Source: an uncultured Thiotrichales bacterium
Lineage (GTDB): Bacteria > Pseudomonadota > Alphaproteobacteria > Caedimonadales > Caedimonadaceae
Assembly (NCBI GenBank): GCA_964424815.1
Contig: CAYRKI010000009.1
Coordinates: forward strand, 1 to 58,212
Reading direction: 5' to 3'
Length of the DNA: 58,212 nucleotides
In this document: positions 35,953-46,482 of the stretch, piece by piece
Numbering within the stretch: the stretch's first letter is position 1
Layout: every line of letters begins with the position of its first letter
Notes under the pieces: model-generated
What the model was told of the DNA's origin: nothing
Database searches by the model: none
The model's input: the letters and a program-made list of their open reading frames with translations, nothing else
Program-made: the position numbers and the translations under genes

Positions 35953-36541
35953 TATTTTTAAAAATCTCTTTATCACAAAAAGCGATGTACCGCTTTCAAG
36001 CGAGGGGGCATCGCGCTTTATTCCCATGCTGATGGGGCTGATGATTTTTCTTGCAACCATGGCGTTATTAAGTTCAGTGGGCGCCCTGCACCTCAGCCAA
36101 AATATGGGCTCTCTTGCCATTCTCACTGACTGGGAAACAATTGCCGGCGCCATCCAAGCTTTTGGCATCGCTTTATGCTGCCTTATTGCGGGTGCAGCCA
36201 TTTTGACGGTGGCTTTTGTGACTCAGTCTGGGCTGGCTTTACATCATCAGGTCGTGCATACGCTGCTTCTGTTAGGGGCTCGTGATCCTTATATTGCATT
36301 GCAATTTCAAGCGTATGCCATGCAATTAGGAATCCGCGGCGCTTTCATCGGTAATGTTCTGACTTTGCTGGTGCTGTTAATGCTGCGTCTGAGTCTTCGC
36401 CAAAGCACCCTTAACTTCATGCAACAAGCCGTCAGTGTGCCTGAGATAGGCTTTGCCATGCTGTTTTCGACAGGATTAATTCTTAGTTTGATTGCTCTTA
36501 CTGCGCGCGTCACAGTGCTTTCTTATCTTTCCCGCAGCTAG
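35945..36541 (+). CDS. ftsX: FtsX-like permease, unusually short
   Basis: The ATG at 35945 overlaps the ftsE stop by 8 nt. Four predicted TM helices. The call rests on position and topology, because the canonical large periplasmic loop is absent. Confidence 0.55.
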   Translation: MADIFKNLFITKSDVPLSSEGASRFIPMLMGLMIFLATMALLSSVGALHLSQNMGSLAILTDWETIAGAIQAFGIALCCLIAGAAILTVAFVTQSGLALHHQVVHTLLLLGARDPYIALQFQAYAMQLGIRGAFIGNVLTLLVLLMLRLSLRQSTLNFMQQAVSVPEIGFAMLFSTGLILSLIALTARVTVLSYLSRS

Positions 36542-36577
36542 AAGCTTGGCGTCTCGTTTTCCCTTACCTATACTCTC

Positions 36578-37204
36578 GTGAGACAGGAGGTCGGGGTGAT
36601 CCAGATAAAAAAGTTAAAAATGATTGGGATTCTTTTGCCCGTTTTTTGGGCGGTCGGCATAGTGGGATTTGCAGTATACATCCCCCAAAAGCCAACTTTT
36701 CCCTTCCAGCGCACCGATGCTATTGTGGTGTTAACGGGTGGTCCTGATCGCATTCGCGAGGGTTTACATCTTTTTCACCAGGGCCTTGCTCCTCAGCTTT
36801 TCATTACCGGCGTGCACAAAGGCGCAACCCTTGAGGAAGTGCTGAAAGCCTCAGGCTACCGAAACCTCAACAATAAAGACCGCATTTTCTTAGATTATGA
36901 TGCTCTCAATACCATTGAAAATGCCCAACAAACAGCAGGTTGGACAACGGACAAAAGCGTTAAAAGCATCCGGTTGGTCACAGCCAGTTATCACATGCCG
37001 CGCGCACTTTTAGAAATTGCTCAGCGTGTTAAAGGCGTGGAGGTGATTGCTCACCCCATTACACCTCGAGATTTTAATTTAAAGCATTGGTGGCGCTCTC
37101 CCAAAACCCAAGCATTGATTTTTCAGGAATATCATAAATTTCTTGCTGCAGTTGTTCGTGCCGGATTACGATCTGCAGTACTCTATTTGAGGGATTTGAC
37201 ATGA
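36578..37204 (+). CDS. YdcF/ElyC family protein (DUF218)
   Basis: N-terminal TM, AIVVLTGGPDRIREGLHLF...LFITGV, and TASYHMPRAL. The start is uncertain, with alternatives at GTG 36596 and ATG 36620. Confidence 0.7.
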   Translation: MRQEVGVIQIKKLKMIGILLPVFWAVGIVGFAVYIPQKPTFPFQRTDAIVVLTGGPDRIREGLHLFHQGLAPQLFITGVHKGATLEEVLKASGYRNLNNKDRIFLDYDALNTIENAQQTAGWTTDKSVKSIRLVTASYHMPRALLEIAQRVKGVEVIAHPITPRDFNLKHWWRSPKTQALIFQEYHKFLAAVVRAGLRSAVLYLRDLT

Positions 37205-37938
37205 TGCTCTTTTTGCGCTCGCTAGCTTTTAATATTGCTTTTTTTATTCATACAACCATCTGCTCTTGCTTTGCCTTTACGATGGCAGCCTTTGGCTACA
37301 AATCACTGATGTATGCTGCACGGCTTTGGGGATTGGGCACTATGGTGTTGCTCAAATATGTTGTGGGATTGCGGTATGAGATCAAAGGAAAAGAAAACCT
37401 TAAAAATCTGGATCATCCCGTCATTATCGCGTGCAAGCACCAATCCACCTGGGAAACAGCGATTGCACCAGCTTTGTTTAGCAATGTGAGCATCATTCTC
37501 AAGCGCGAGCTGATATGGATACCCCTTTTTGGCTGGGCGCTACGCGCATCAAAGCCTATAACCCTTGATCGAGGCAAAGGTCGCCACGTTATCCCTAGTA
37601 TGGTCGAGCGCGCCAAAATGCGCATCAGCGAAGGTCATGATATCTTTATTTTTCCAGAGGGAACGCGGGCTACTTTTGGCGAGACCCCCTATTACAAACA
37701 GGGTATTGTGGTGCTCTATGAAAATCTTCATCGCCCAGTGCTTCCGATTGCGCACAATGCCGGATATTTCTGGCCGCGACGCGGTTTCTTGAAACGTCCT
37801 GGTGTTATTCAGCTGGTTATTTTGCCCGTGATCCCAGCAGGCTTGTCAGGTCATGACTTTAAAGAAGAACTGATCAAACGTATTGAAACTGCATGCCAAG
37901 AGATAGGACCGCATGATGCGACAAAAAATACTCCCTAA
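37201..37938 (+). CDS. plsC: 1-acyl-sn-glycerol-3-phosphate acyltransferase (lysophospholipid acyltransferase)
   Basis: Acyltransferase blocks CKHQSTWE (HX4D/E) and FPEGTR. 4-nt overlap with the upstream gene. Confidence 0.8.
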   Translation: MMLFLRSLAFNIAFFIHTTICSCFAFTMAAFGYKSLMYAARLWGLGTMVLLKYVVGLRYEIKGKENLKNLDHPVIIACKHQSTWETAIAPALFSNVSIILKRELIWIPLFGWALRASKPITLDRGKGRHVIPSMVERAKMRISEGHDIFIFPEGTRATFGETPYYKQGIVVLYENLHRPVLPIAHNAGYFWPRRGFLKRPGVIQLVILPVIPAGLSGHDFKEELIKRIETACQEIGPHDATKNTP

Positions 37939-38899
37939 ACTTTTCCGCTACACCTTTATTGGCTGTGGCGTCTGGGCGCTTGGTTATTGGGGCATTGCCC
38001 CCATGGCCCTTAACCATGCCATGAGCCAAATTTTCGCCGAAGCTGAACGCGAAGGTATTACCATTACAGCGGATCAAAAAGGAATTCGCTATTTTCCAAA
38101 AGTAAAATGGTCACAGTTTAACACCACCCTTACGTTTAAAAATGGCGCTGTGGTGAAAATACCCGATGAATTGGCCATGACACCTCATCCATTGACCTGG
38201 TTTTTGGGTGAGCTTAAATGGCGTACCCGCTCCCCTTTGGAATACACGCAAGGGGCACTACATCTCACAACAGCCGGCACGCACATTCGTTTGAAAAGCC
38301 GCGCGGCTGACCTTGATACCATTAAAATGAATGCCGAGCGCTTAGAGGTTAAAGCATCTCTCGCCTCGAACAAAAGCGAGATCTTATTGTCACGCCTGAA
38401 GGACGTGGAAGTACATTTATCCTCCCACCACTTTACGCTTGCAAGCCAAGGGATCGAAGGTGAGGCCGTTGCAGAGGGAATCAGCAATATTAATTTAGAG
38501 GTGTTTGCTGAGAAAAAATTACCTCCGTTGACTGCGAAGGGCTTACAAAAGTGGTTTGATGCTGATGACTCTCTTGAGATCAAAGACCTGAGCCTCAACT
38601 GGAATGAGGCCCGCTTTGCGCTACAAGGCACCCTGTCCTTAGACAAAAGATTACAGCCTTTGTTGAGCGCCACAATGCAGATAGATCATTTTGGCGCATT
38701 TTTGAAATCGCTGATCAAAATGAAGATGATTTCCAAAGGTACCGCGTCCACCATTGAGAGTATTGCATTGCTTTTGCCGGGAAGCAAAAAAGAAGGTGAT
38801 AAGACCCACATCCACAACTTACCTTTGACCATTCAAGATCGTGTGGTCAGCCTCGGCCCAGTGAACATTGCAGAAATACCCGTGATTGTCTGGCCCTAA
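37913..38899 (+). CDS. membrane-anchored hypothetical protein (possibly DUF2125-like)
   Basis: N-terminal TM (FRYTFIGCGVWALGYWGI) and a long soluble domain. The family assignment is from memory only. Confidence 0.45.
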   Translation: MMRQKILPKLFRYTFIGCGVWALGYWGIAPMALNHAMSQIFAEAEREGITITADQKGIRYFPKVKWSQFNTTLTFKNGAVVKIPDELAMTPHPLTWFLGELKWRTRSPLEYTQGALHLTTAGTHIRLKSRAADLDTIKMNAERLEVKASLASNKSEILLSRLKDVEVHLSSHHFTLASQGIEGEAVAEGISNINLEVFAEKKLPPLTAKGLQKWFDADDSLEIKDLSLNWNEARFALQGTLSLDKRLQPLLSATMQIDHFGAFLKSLIKMKMISKGTASTIESIALLLPGSKKEGDKTHIHNLPLTIQDRVVSLGPVNIAEIPVIVWP

Positions 38900-39624
38900 G
38901 TACTGACAACAGGTGATGAAGGGACAAAAATGCGCGGTGTCCAGCTTTTGCTGGCCCGTGCTTTACGGCCGCAATAAACCAGTTTTTGGGCCTCTAGCAC
39001 CACCACACCCCCTAATTTCTTGGCATAACGCTGTCCTATATGCTCAAAGCTTCCCGCCATCGAGATCAAAGTAGGATTGCTCGAGGGCGGCAGATAAAGA
39101 CTATAAAGCGGCTTAAAGGGCGAGAATAAATTGGTCGCAGCCACCTCAAAAAGTTGACGTCCTGAATACGGTTGCCCCCATCCAAAGGGTGTATTCATGC
39201 TGCGCGCCCATAAGCCGCGTCGATTGGGTGAGACAATCAATAAACGACCCCCATCAGCAAGTACCCGCCACACCTCACGCAGCAAATGACTCGCATCTAT
39301 GGTTCCCTCTAAACCATGAACAATCATACAACGTGAAACGGAACAATCGGGCAAAGGCAATAAAAAGGGATCAACCAAAGCCACACGATTAGGGCCAGGA
39401 TGTGGCCAGGGGATAGCCCCTTGTATGCAGGGCATGAAGGATAAAAGGCGATTGTTGTTACCCTCAAAGCGGGGCAGGTAAGGGGGTGTATAACCATAGC
39501 CAAGAATCACCTCATCACGAACAGCAGGCCATAATTTGGCAAGCTTTTCCCCGATCACGCGCTGGGCTGTTTGCCCTAGAGGTGTTTGATAAAAACTATG
39601 AAGATCGATGATATCTGCCTGCAT
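38896..39624 (-). CDS. class I SAM-dependent methyltransferase
   Basis: EVILGYGYT (motif I-like) and VLADGGRLLIVSPN (post-II motif). Confidence 0.6.
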   Translation of the reverse strand: MQADIIDLHSFYQTPLGQTAQRVIGEKLAKLWPAVRDEVILGYGYTPPYLPRFEGNNNRLLSFMPCIQGAIPWPHPGPNRVALVDPFLLPLPDCSVSRCMIVHGLEGTIDASHLLREVWRVLADGGRLLIVSPNRRGLWARSMNTPFGWGQPYSGRQLFEVAATNLFSPFKPLYSLYLPPSSNPTLISMAGSFEHIGQRYAKKLGGVVVLEAQKLVYCGRKARASKSWTPRIFVPSSPVVST

Positions 39625-39697
39625 AAAATAAGCGTATCACTTACACAGACGAATGCAAATGCCTCCCCAATTGAAATTAGGGGAGGCAGACTTCTTC

Positions 39698-41197
39698 TTA
39701 AAGGTACCCCAGGGCGCTCCACCACACAGCGCTGACAGAGACCCAGATTAGAATGTTCAGCAAGCTTGTTAAGAAACCGACACGCCACCAATCTTTGATG
39801 GTAACATAGTTAGATCCAAAGAAGACGGGCGCGGTACCTGTTCCAAAATGGGTCAAGGGACCCGACAAGCTTGAGAATACAGCAAGGGACATGGCTGCTA
39901 CCATAGGAGGCGCACCAGCAGCTAATAAGACGACCAAAAAGGCGCTGTACATGGAGGTGATATGTGCGGTGATGCTCGCGAAGAAATAATGGCTATAAAA
40001 ATAAACCGTACCTAAAATGGCGAGGGCAATTGGCCAGCTGTAGCCTGACACCATGGTCTCGACATGCCCACCAAACCACTTCATGAAGCCGAATTTGTTG
40101 AGGAATGTGGCCATGGTCAGCAAAATACCAAACCACACCAAAGTTTCCCAAGCACCTTTTTCTTTAACTAAATCACCCCAGGTCAAAACGCCGCTAAAGA
40201 CCAGGGCAGACACTCCCAGCATGGCCGCAACGGTTGGATCAACGCCAAGATGTGAGCCGAAGACCCACAGCACTAATAGAACTGCAAAGGTTCCCACCAT
40301 GATAAGCTCGGGGGTCTTCAGGGGACCAAGCTCTTTCAGGCGGGCCTTGGCCATCTCAACAGCCTCAGGTGACTTCTTAAGTTTGGGGGGATAAATACGA
40401 TAGATAAATGCAGGTAAAATCAAAAGGTTAACAAGACCAGGAACAGCAGCTAATTTCGCCCAGGTCAGCCAATCTAAAACAACACCATGGGCACCGGCAA
40501 GGCTGGCAACCAAAGGGTTACCTACTAGTGCTGTTAAAAACATGGCGCTGGTAATCGCGTTCACTTGAAAACATACTTGAATAAGGAACGCGCCCAATTT
40601 GCGCTCGGTATGGTGAGCGGGAGTTGATCCCAGTTCTTCTGCCAGAGCTCGAACAACCGGGAAAACGATACCTGCACCACGGGCTGTATTACTGGGGACC
40701 ATAGGTGCCAACAGTAGTTCAGAAAGGGTCAAACCATAAGCCAGACCCAAGGTGCTTTTACCAAAGGTGGCGGTAAAAAAGTAGGCGATGCGTGAGCCAA
40801 GACCGGTTTGGATAAAACCGCGAGCCAAAAAGAACGCAAAAATGACGAGCCAAACCACATGTGAGCCAAAGCTCGACAGACACTGTTCGATGGTCAAGGT
40901 GTGAGTGGCAGCACATAAGGTAATACCCAGCAAAGCCACACCACCGATGGGAAGGGGCTTTAAAATCACTGCCAGAATGGTGGATACGAATATGGCGAAC
41001 AACTGCCATGTTTTAGGTTCAAGTCCCTCTGGTACTGGCATAAACCACAGTGCCAAACCAACAAGCAGAACGATTGCACTAGTCTTTAAATTTGCACCAT
41101 GCCAAGACTTTTTTATAGCCTCGCCAGCAGGTTGCGCCTGCATCACTTCTAAGGTTGCCACTTGTTGCATCTCCTTTTCTTTTCCCCATATCTGCAT
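39698..41197 (-). CDS. DASS family anion:sodium symporter (2-oxoglutarate/malate or dicarboxylate transporter-like)
   Basis: About 12 TM helices. SNTARGAGIVFPV and a second hairpin motif, SGPLTHFGTGTAPVFFG. Confidence 0.8.
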   Translation of the reverse strand: MQIWGKEKEMQQVATLEVMQAQPAGEAIKKSWHGANLKTSAIVLLVGLALWFMPVPEGLEPKTWQLFAIFVSTILAVILKPLPIGGVALLGITLCAATHTLTIEQCLSSFGSHVVWLVIFAFFLARGFIQTGLGSRIAYFFTATFGKSTLGLAYGLTLSELLLAPMVPSNTARGAGIVFPVVRALAEELGSTPAHHTERKLGAFLIQVCFQVNAITSAMFLTALVGNPLVASLAGAHGVVLDWLTWAKLAAVPGLVNLLILPAFIYRIYPPKLKKSPEAVEMAKARLKELGPLKTPELIMVGTFAVLLVLWVFGSHLGVDPTVAAMLGVSALVFSGVLTWGDLVKEKGAWETLVWFGILLTMATFLNKFGFMKWFGGHVETMVSGYSWPIALAILGTVYFYSHYFFASITAHITSMYSAFLVVLLAAGAPPMVAAMSLAVFSSLSGPLTHFGTGTAPVFFGSNYVTIKDWWRVGFLTSLLNILIWVSVSAVWWSALGYL

Positions 41198-41405
41198 TCC
41201 ATTGCGAATGAGGGAAGCTAATAGAGGGAAATCTCGAATTCGCCACCAAGACCAGAAAATAGATCTGGTTCTGACGGGATATCACTGGTTGAGGGGCAAT
41301 GGCAAGTCTTGAAATTTGATCCATGACCATCAAAGAGCCAAATGGCAGGGATCAAAGGGAATTTTGCTGCACAAAAAAACCTTATGAAAAGGTGCGAAGA
41401 ATTTT

Positions 41406-43400
41406 TTATGTCACAGGTGCCTTGGGATTGAGATCAATCTCAAATAAGGGTTGTTCATGAAGGAGCAAAGCGCCAGGTTCGGCCAGAATAGAAATAACTT
41501 CAGCCTCGTGCTCCGATCTTAAGATGTTCTCCATCTTCATAGCTTCGACGATGGCAAGGGGTTGTCCTTGGCGAATGCGATCCCCTACTTTCACACGCAC
41601 CTCAATCAACTTACCCGGCATGGATGTTGCAATAGTCTTTCGCCCTAATTGAGGCGCGTGAAATCTCGCTCTTGCAGCCATTTCAGCTACATGAGGCGCC
41701 ACTAAACGCATCTTAAATGTCTGCCCTTGGAAGGTAATTTGCCAAGCACCTTGCTCATGCGCCATTGTGAAAACATAGCTCTCTTCATTCATCCTCACAC
41801 GATAGGCATAAGGAGCAAGGCGTTCGCAGTGACTTACAGTTACGCTCCATGCGTCCGTGGAGAGAATCAGTGACTCATTTGATGATCTCTCGATCTTCAT
41901 CAATACTGTGTTATTTGCAATATCACGATCTCCCATGCACGCGATGGTTGCAGGAGGGCGCGCTGTATCACGTAAGCTCCAGGCGACGACTGCCGCTGCA
42001 GCTAACTTGCCATTAACAGAGGTGAGGCTGGGATAAAGATCACAGGAAAGGTCCATGTTTTGCTCAAGGAATTGGGTATGAATCTCTCCTTTAACCATGG
42101 CTGGATGACGCAACAACATGGCGAGAAATGACTTATTACTCGCAATACCCTTGATGTAGAGGCTATCTAGAGCCTCACAGAGTTGGGTAAGAGCTTGTTG
42201 GCGGGTTGCACCATGGGCGATCAACTTGGCGACTAAGGGGTCATAAGAGAGCCGAACAATATCGCCTTTTTCATGCCCGGTATCAAATCTGACAATTTCT
42301 TGAGCTAAATCTGATTCGAACCAAGCAAGGCGTCCTCCACTGGGCAGAAAACCGCGACATGGATCCTCAGCTAATAAACGCGCCTCAATAGCATGTCCCT
42401 GCACTTCTTGTGAGGCAAGCTGCAGCCGCTCGCCTGCTGCAATGCGAATCATGTGTTCAACCAAATCAATATTTAAGATAGCCTCTGTGACCGGATGCTC
42501 AACTTGAATACGGGTATTCATCTCGATAAAAAAAGCAGCGCCTTCTGCATCGACAAGAAATTCTACTGTACCCACGCTGTTGTAATTCACATGAATGCAA
42601 AGCTGGCGCGCCCAGGAATAGAGTTTTTGTCGCAGGGCTTCATCGATAAACGCACATGGTGCTTCCTCGATAACCTTTTGGTGACGCCGTTGCAAAGAAC
42701 ACTCACGTTCGGCCAAAGTCACCACATGACCATACTGATCTGCAATAACCTGGACTTCAATGTGGCGGGGATTAACAATGAGGCGCTCTAGAAACATGCG
42801 CCCATCACCGAAAGAACGAGATGCTTCGCGCTGAGCGCCGATGAATCCCTCTTCAAGTTCCGCCATAGACTCAATGCGTCGCATGCCTTTTCCACCACCG
42901 CCGCCAGCAGGTTTAAGCATCAAAGGAAATCCTACAATTTCAGCAATGCCGCGGGCTTCCTCCAACTCATTAATGGGCTCAAGGGTTCCCGGGACGACTG
43001 GAATACCTGCTGTGGTGGCGGCCCTTTTGGCAGCCACCTTATCTCCCATCATGGCAATCACGCGAGCATCTGGACCAATGAAAACGAGATCGGCTTCACG
43101 GACGCGCTCAGCAAAATCTGGATTTTCCGATAAAAAACCATAGCCAGGGTGAATGGCATCTGCCCCAGTCGCTTTAGCGGCGATAATGATTTTCTCAATA
43201 TTCAAGTAGGTCTGCGTGAGGTCACCTAAACCAAGGTCGTATGCCTCGTCTGCTTCGCGCACATGATAGGCGTCAATATCCTCAGATGCATAAACAGCAA
43301 CCGCTTGAATACCCATGCGTTTACAAGTGCGCGCAATACGTGCTGCTATCTCCCCTCGATTCGCAATCAGAATCTTTTTAAAGGGTAATGCTGTCGTCAT
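41406..43400 (-). CDS. pccA: acyl-CoA (propionyl-CoA-type) carboxylase alpha subunit: biotin carboxylase + BCCP
   Basis: KILIANRGEIAARIA, ATP-grasp GGGGKGMR, C-terminal biotinyl site EAMKMEN. Confidence 0.9.
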   Translation of the reverse strand: MTTALPFKKILIANRGEIAARIARTCKRMGIQAVAVYASEDIDAYHVREADEAYDLGLGDLTQTYLNIEKIIIAAKATGADAIHPGYGFLSENPDFAERVREADLVFIGPDARVIAMMGDKVAAKRAATTAGIPVVPGTLEPINELEEARGIAEIVGFPLMLKPAGGGGGKGMRRIESMAELEEGFIGAQREASRSFGDGRMFLERLIVNPRHIEVQVIADQYGHVVTLAERECSLQRRHQKVIEEAPCAFIDEALRQKLYSWARQLCIHVNYNSVGTVEFLVDAEGAAFFIEMNTRIQVEHPVTEAILNIDLVEHMIRIAAGERLQLASQEVQGHAIEARLLAEDPCRGFLPSGGRLAWFESDLAQEIVRFDTGHEKGDIVRLSYDPLVAKLIAHGATRQQALTQLCEALDSLYIKGIASNKSFLAMLLRHPAMVKGEIHTQFLEQNMDLSCDLYPSLTSVNGKLAAAAVVAWSLRDTARPPATIACMGDRDIANNTVLMKIERSSNESLILSTDAWSVTVSHCERLAPYAYRVRMNEESYVFTMAHEQGAWQITFQGQTFKMRLVAPHVAEMAARARFHAPQLGRKTIATSMPGKLIEVRVKVGDRIRQGQPLAIVEAMKMENILRSEHEAEVISILAEPGALLLHEQPLFEIDLNPKAPVT

Positions 43401-43445
43401 TACGCGCTCCTTGACGTTATATTATTTTTTATGAAACGCTTGGGT

Positions 43446-43778
43446 TTAAGTGTTTTTTGTTTTAGACGATGATTTAGTCATCGCCATAACTTCAGAAGAC
43501 CCCTCTTGCTGCCAACGACGAACTTGCTCATCCTCCCAATCCTTCGAAAAGTATGGCAGAATCTCAGTTACTTGCGGGACCATACCAAGGGAAATAGCCT
43601 GGATTAAGTACCCCAGTCCCCACCCAACCATCACCCATATGGGCCAAAAATAGCCACCGCCTGAAACGGCCCAGATCACAACTAGGCCAAGATTAACCAG
43701 TGCATATACGGTCAGACCCATATAAAATTCACGAAGACGGCGAGCTTTTTCGCGCAGTTCTTGATTCACATCACTCAT
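43446..43778 (-). CDS. 2TM-domain small membrane protein
   Basis: Two adjacent TM helices, LTVYALVNLGLVVIWAV...FWPIWVMVGWGLGYLIQAI, with charged termini. Confidence 0.55.
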   Translation of the reverse strand: MSDVNQELREKARRLREFYMGLTVYALVNLGLVVIWAVSGGGYFWPIWVMVGWGLGYLIQAISLGMVPQVTEILPYFSKDWEDEQVRRWQQEGSSEVMAMTKSSSKTKNT

Positions 43779-43815
43779 TAGATAAACTCCCTTTTAAACG
43801 TGTTGAATCCCTTTT

Positions 43816-45393
43816 TTACAAGGGTATATTGTCATGCTTTTTAGCAACGCGAACAAGAGTTTTCCCCTTGAGTAAACGTAAGCCTTCCGCCAATCTTTGC
43901 CGCGTCTGCCTTGGTAGAATGACATCATCCAAATAACCCCGCGCAGCCGCCACATAAGGATTAGCAAAAAGGTCGGTATATTCATCGGTTTTAATTTGAA
44001 TTTCGTCGGCTGACAGCTGGGCGCGCTTATGTAAAATTTGCACTGCGCCACGAGGCCCCATGACAGCGATCTCTGCAGTGGGCCAAGCAAAGTTAAGATC
44101 ACCGCGGATATGTTTAGAATTCATCACATCATAAGCCCCGCCATAGGCTTTGCGTGTGATGACAGTGAGGCGGGGTACGCTCGCCTCGGCATAAGCAAAA
44201 AGTAGCTTTGCGCCATTGGGAATAATGCCGTTATGTTCTTGTTGCAAGCCTGGCAGGAAGCCTGGAACGTCAACAAACGTCACCAAAGGAATGCCAAAAC
44301 AATCGCAAAACCGAACAAACCGTGCTGCCTTTCGCGAGGCGTTGATATCTAAGCATCCTGCTAAAACCATGGGCTGATTCGCAATAACCCCTACTACTTG
44401 GCCGGCAATGCGCCCAAAGCCAATTAAAATATTGCGGGCATAATCTGGTTTAATCTCATAAAAATCCTCATCATCAAGACATTTTAAAACCAACTCGCGC
44501 ATGTCGTATGATTGCAGCGGATTGCGCGGAACCAGCGAATCAAGAGATGCATCTTCCTCAATAGGAAAATCATATTCACGCTGGGGTGGTGATACCCGAT
44601 TTGAGTCAGGCAGAAAGCTCAAAAGTCGCTTCAAGGCAAGCAAAGCATCCACATCAGTGTCAAACGCATGGTCGGCAACGCCAGAAATTTTTGCATGCAC
44701 CTCGGCGCCACCTAAGCTTGCATGGCTGACCTCTTCGTGTGTCACCGTTTTCACCACGTCAGGCCCAGTGACGTACATATAGGAAGTATCGTGGACCATG
44801 AAAATAAAGTCGGTCATGGCAGGAGCATATACCGCTCCACCAGCGCAAGGACCCATAATAAGCGAAAGCTGGGGTATAACGCCTGATGCTTGGACGGTGC
44901 GATAAAACACTTCCGCATAACCACCAAGGGCGTCAACTCCCTCTTGAATGCGAGCCCCGCCTGAATCATTCAGGCCCACCATCGGCACCCCAGCAGCCAC
45001 TGCCATGTCCATCATCCGACAGATTTTATGGGCGTGGGCTTCGCCTAGACTACCGCCAAAAACAGTAAAATCTTGAGCGAACAGTGCTATTCTGCGTCCA
45101 TCTACTTGTCCCCACCCGGTAATCACGCCATCACCTGGCACCTGGCGGTGGTCCATGCCAAAATCTCGGGCGCGATGATGCACAAAGGCTCCCGTTTCCT
45201 CAAAAGTCCCAGGATCGCATAACACATCTAGGCGCTCGCGCGCACTGAGTTTGCCTTTTTTATGTTGTTCTTCGATATGGGCGTTGGTTCCACCTTGGCG
45301 CATCTTCGCCAAGCGTTCCTCATGCGCTTTATTTTTACACCGCGACACAACGTGCCCCTGCGTTTTTTTATCCTTAAGGTCAGTGTGACGCAA
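43816..45393 (-). CDS. pccB: propionyl-CoA carboxylase beta subunit (carboxyltransferase)
   Basis: QHKKGKLSARERLDVLCDPGTFEE, DSGGARIQEG, two crotonase-like CT halves. The start is TTG at 45393, with an alternative GTG at 45348. Confidence 0.9.
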   Translation of the reverse strand: MRHTDLKDKKTQGHVVSRCKNKAHEERLAKMRQGGTNAHIEEQHKKGKLSARERLDVLCDPGTFEETGAFVHHRARDFGMDHRQVPGDGVITGWGQVDGRRIALFAQDFTVFGGSLGEAHAHKICRMMDMAVAAGVPMVGLNDSGGARIQEGVDALGGYAEVFYRTVQASGVIPQLSLIMGPCAGGAVYAPAMTDFIFMVHDTSYMYVTGPDVVKTVTHEEVSHASLGGAEVHAKISGVADHAFDTDVDALLALKRLLSFLPDSNRVSPPQREYDFPIEEDASLDSLVPRNPLQSYDMRELVLKCLDDEDFYEIKPDYARNILIGFGRIAGQVVGVIANQPMVLAGCLDINASRKAARFVRFCDCFGIPLVTFVDVPGFLPGLQQEHNGIIPNGAKLLFAYAEASVPRLTVITRKAYGGAYDVMNSKHIRGDLNFAWPTAEIAVMGPRGAVQILHKRAQLSADEIQIKTDEYTDLFANPYVAAARGYLDDVILPRQTRQRLAEGLRLLKGKTLVRVAKKHDNIPL

Positions 45394-45399
45394 AAAGGT

Positions 45400-46305
45400 T
45401 TAAAAATGCCTAGCGAGTGTTTGCTCCATGTGTGAGGGAAGCGGAGCCTCCACACTCATCATGCCGCCATGGGGGTGCAAAAAACGCACCTGTGATGCAT
45501 GAAGATGGAGAGGATAACGTTCATCCAGGTACTGCGCCGCACGCCCAGCATACTTACCATCACCCAAAATAGGGCAGCCCAGCACCATGCAATGCACACG
45601 CAATTGATGGGTGCGCCCTGTCAGGGGATGCAGGGACATAAGCGTGAGCTCATGTTTGCCATGTTGAAGAACTTCGTAATCGGTAATGGCCGAAAGCCCA
45701 TCCGGATCGGTGACCATACGCTCCCCCAATTGGCCTGGAAGCTTTTTAATGGGTTTATCCACCCGGCCTTTGGCGTGATCGGGGCGCCCCACACACACTG
45801 CAATATATGTTTTTTCGACTTTTCCATCCTTGAATGACGCCGGTAGGTGACGTGCAGAACTCAAGTGTTTGGCCAACAGCAAGACACCGCTGGTGTCGCG
45901 ATCTAAGCGGTGGGTCAAGCGCAACATTTCATGGGGACGCCAATGACGCACCAGACGATCAAGGGAATGCAACACTTTACTGCCCCCTTGGACCGCAAGA
46001 CCCGCTGGCTTATTGAGGACAACAATATGTTGATCTTCATACAGCACCAACTCATCAAAATTATATTGGGTCAAAACTTTTGGTGGCGTCACATCGGAAT
46101 GAGCTTTTTTAGGGGCAAAATCGGGTATTTTCACCTCATCCCCTTGCGACAAGCGATAGGAAGGTGTTTGTTTTTTGCCGTTTACGCGCACCTGGCCTTC
46201 TCGAAGTGCGCGCATAATCCTAGCGTACGGCACTCCAGCACTTACGGCCTTCACATAACGATCTAAACGCTGCCCCGCGTAATCTGCGGTAATCACCTTA
46301 TTCAT
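45400..46305 (-). CDS. rluC: RluA/RluC family 23S rRNA pseudouridine synthase
   Basis: N-terminal S4 domain (GQRLDRYV...VRVNGK) and catalytic HRLDRDTSGVLLLAK. Confidence 0.8.
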   Translation of the reverse strand: MNKVITADYAGQRLDRYVKAVSAGVPYARIMRALREGQVRVNGKKQTPSYRLSQGDEVKIPDFAPKKAHSDVTPPKVLTQYNFDELVLYEDQHIVVLNKPAGLAVQGGSKVLHSLDRLVRHWRPHEMLRLTHRLDRDTSGVLLLAKHLSSARHLPASFKDGKVEKTYIAVCVGRPDHAKGRVDKPIKKLPGQLGERMVTDPDGLSAITDYEVLQHGKHELTLMSLHPLTGRTHQLRVHCMVLGCPILGDGKYAGRAAQYLDERYPLHLHASQVRFLHPHGGMMSVEAPLPSHMEQTLARHF

Positions 46306-46482
46306 CCTGCTTCCCCTTGCTCAGCTTCAGCACCATGCCCGAAAACGGCATTTTTCGCAAATCTTCCGGCCCACTATCTCCAAACCATCACAAACACCGC
46401 ATATGCATATAAGAAAGTAAGTCAATCCGTGCCTAATTTTGACTTTTTGGCGTTTAGCTATTATAACTGAGCTTGGAGCGGG

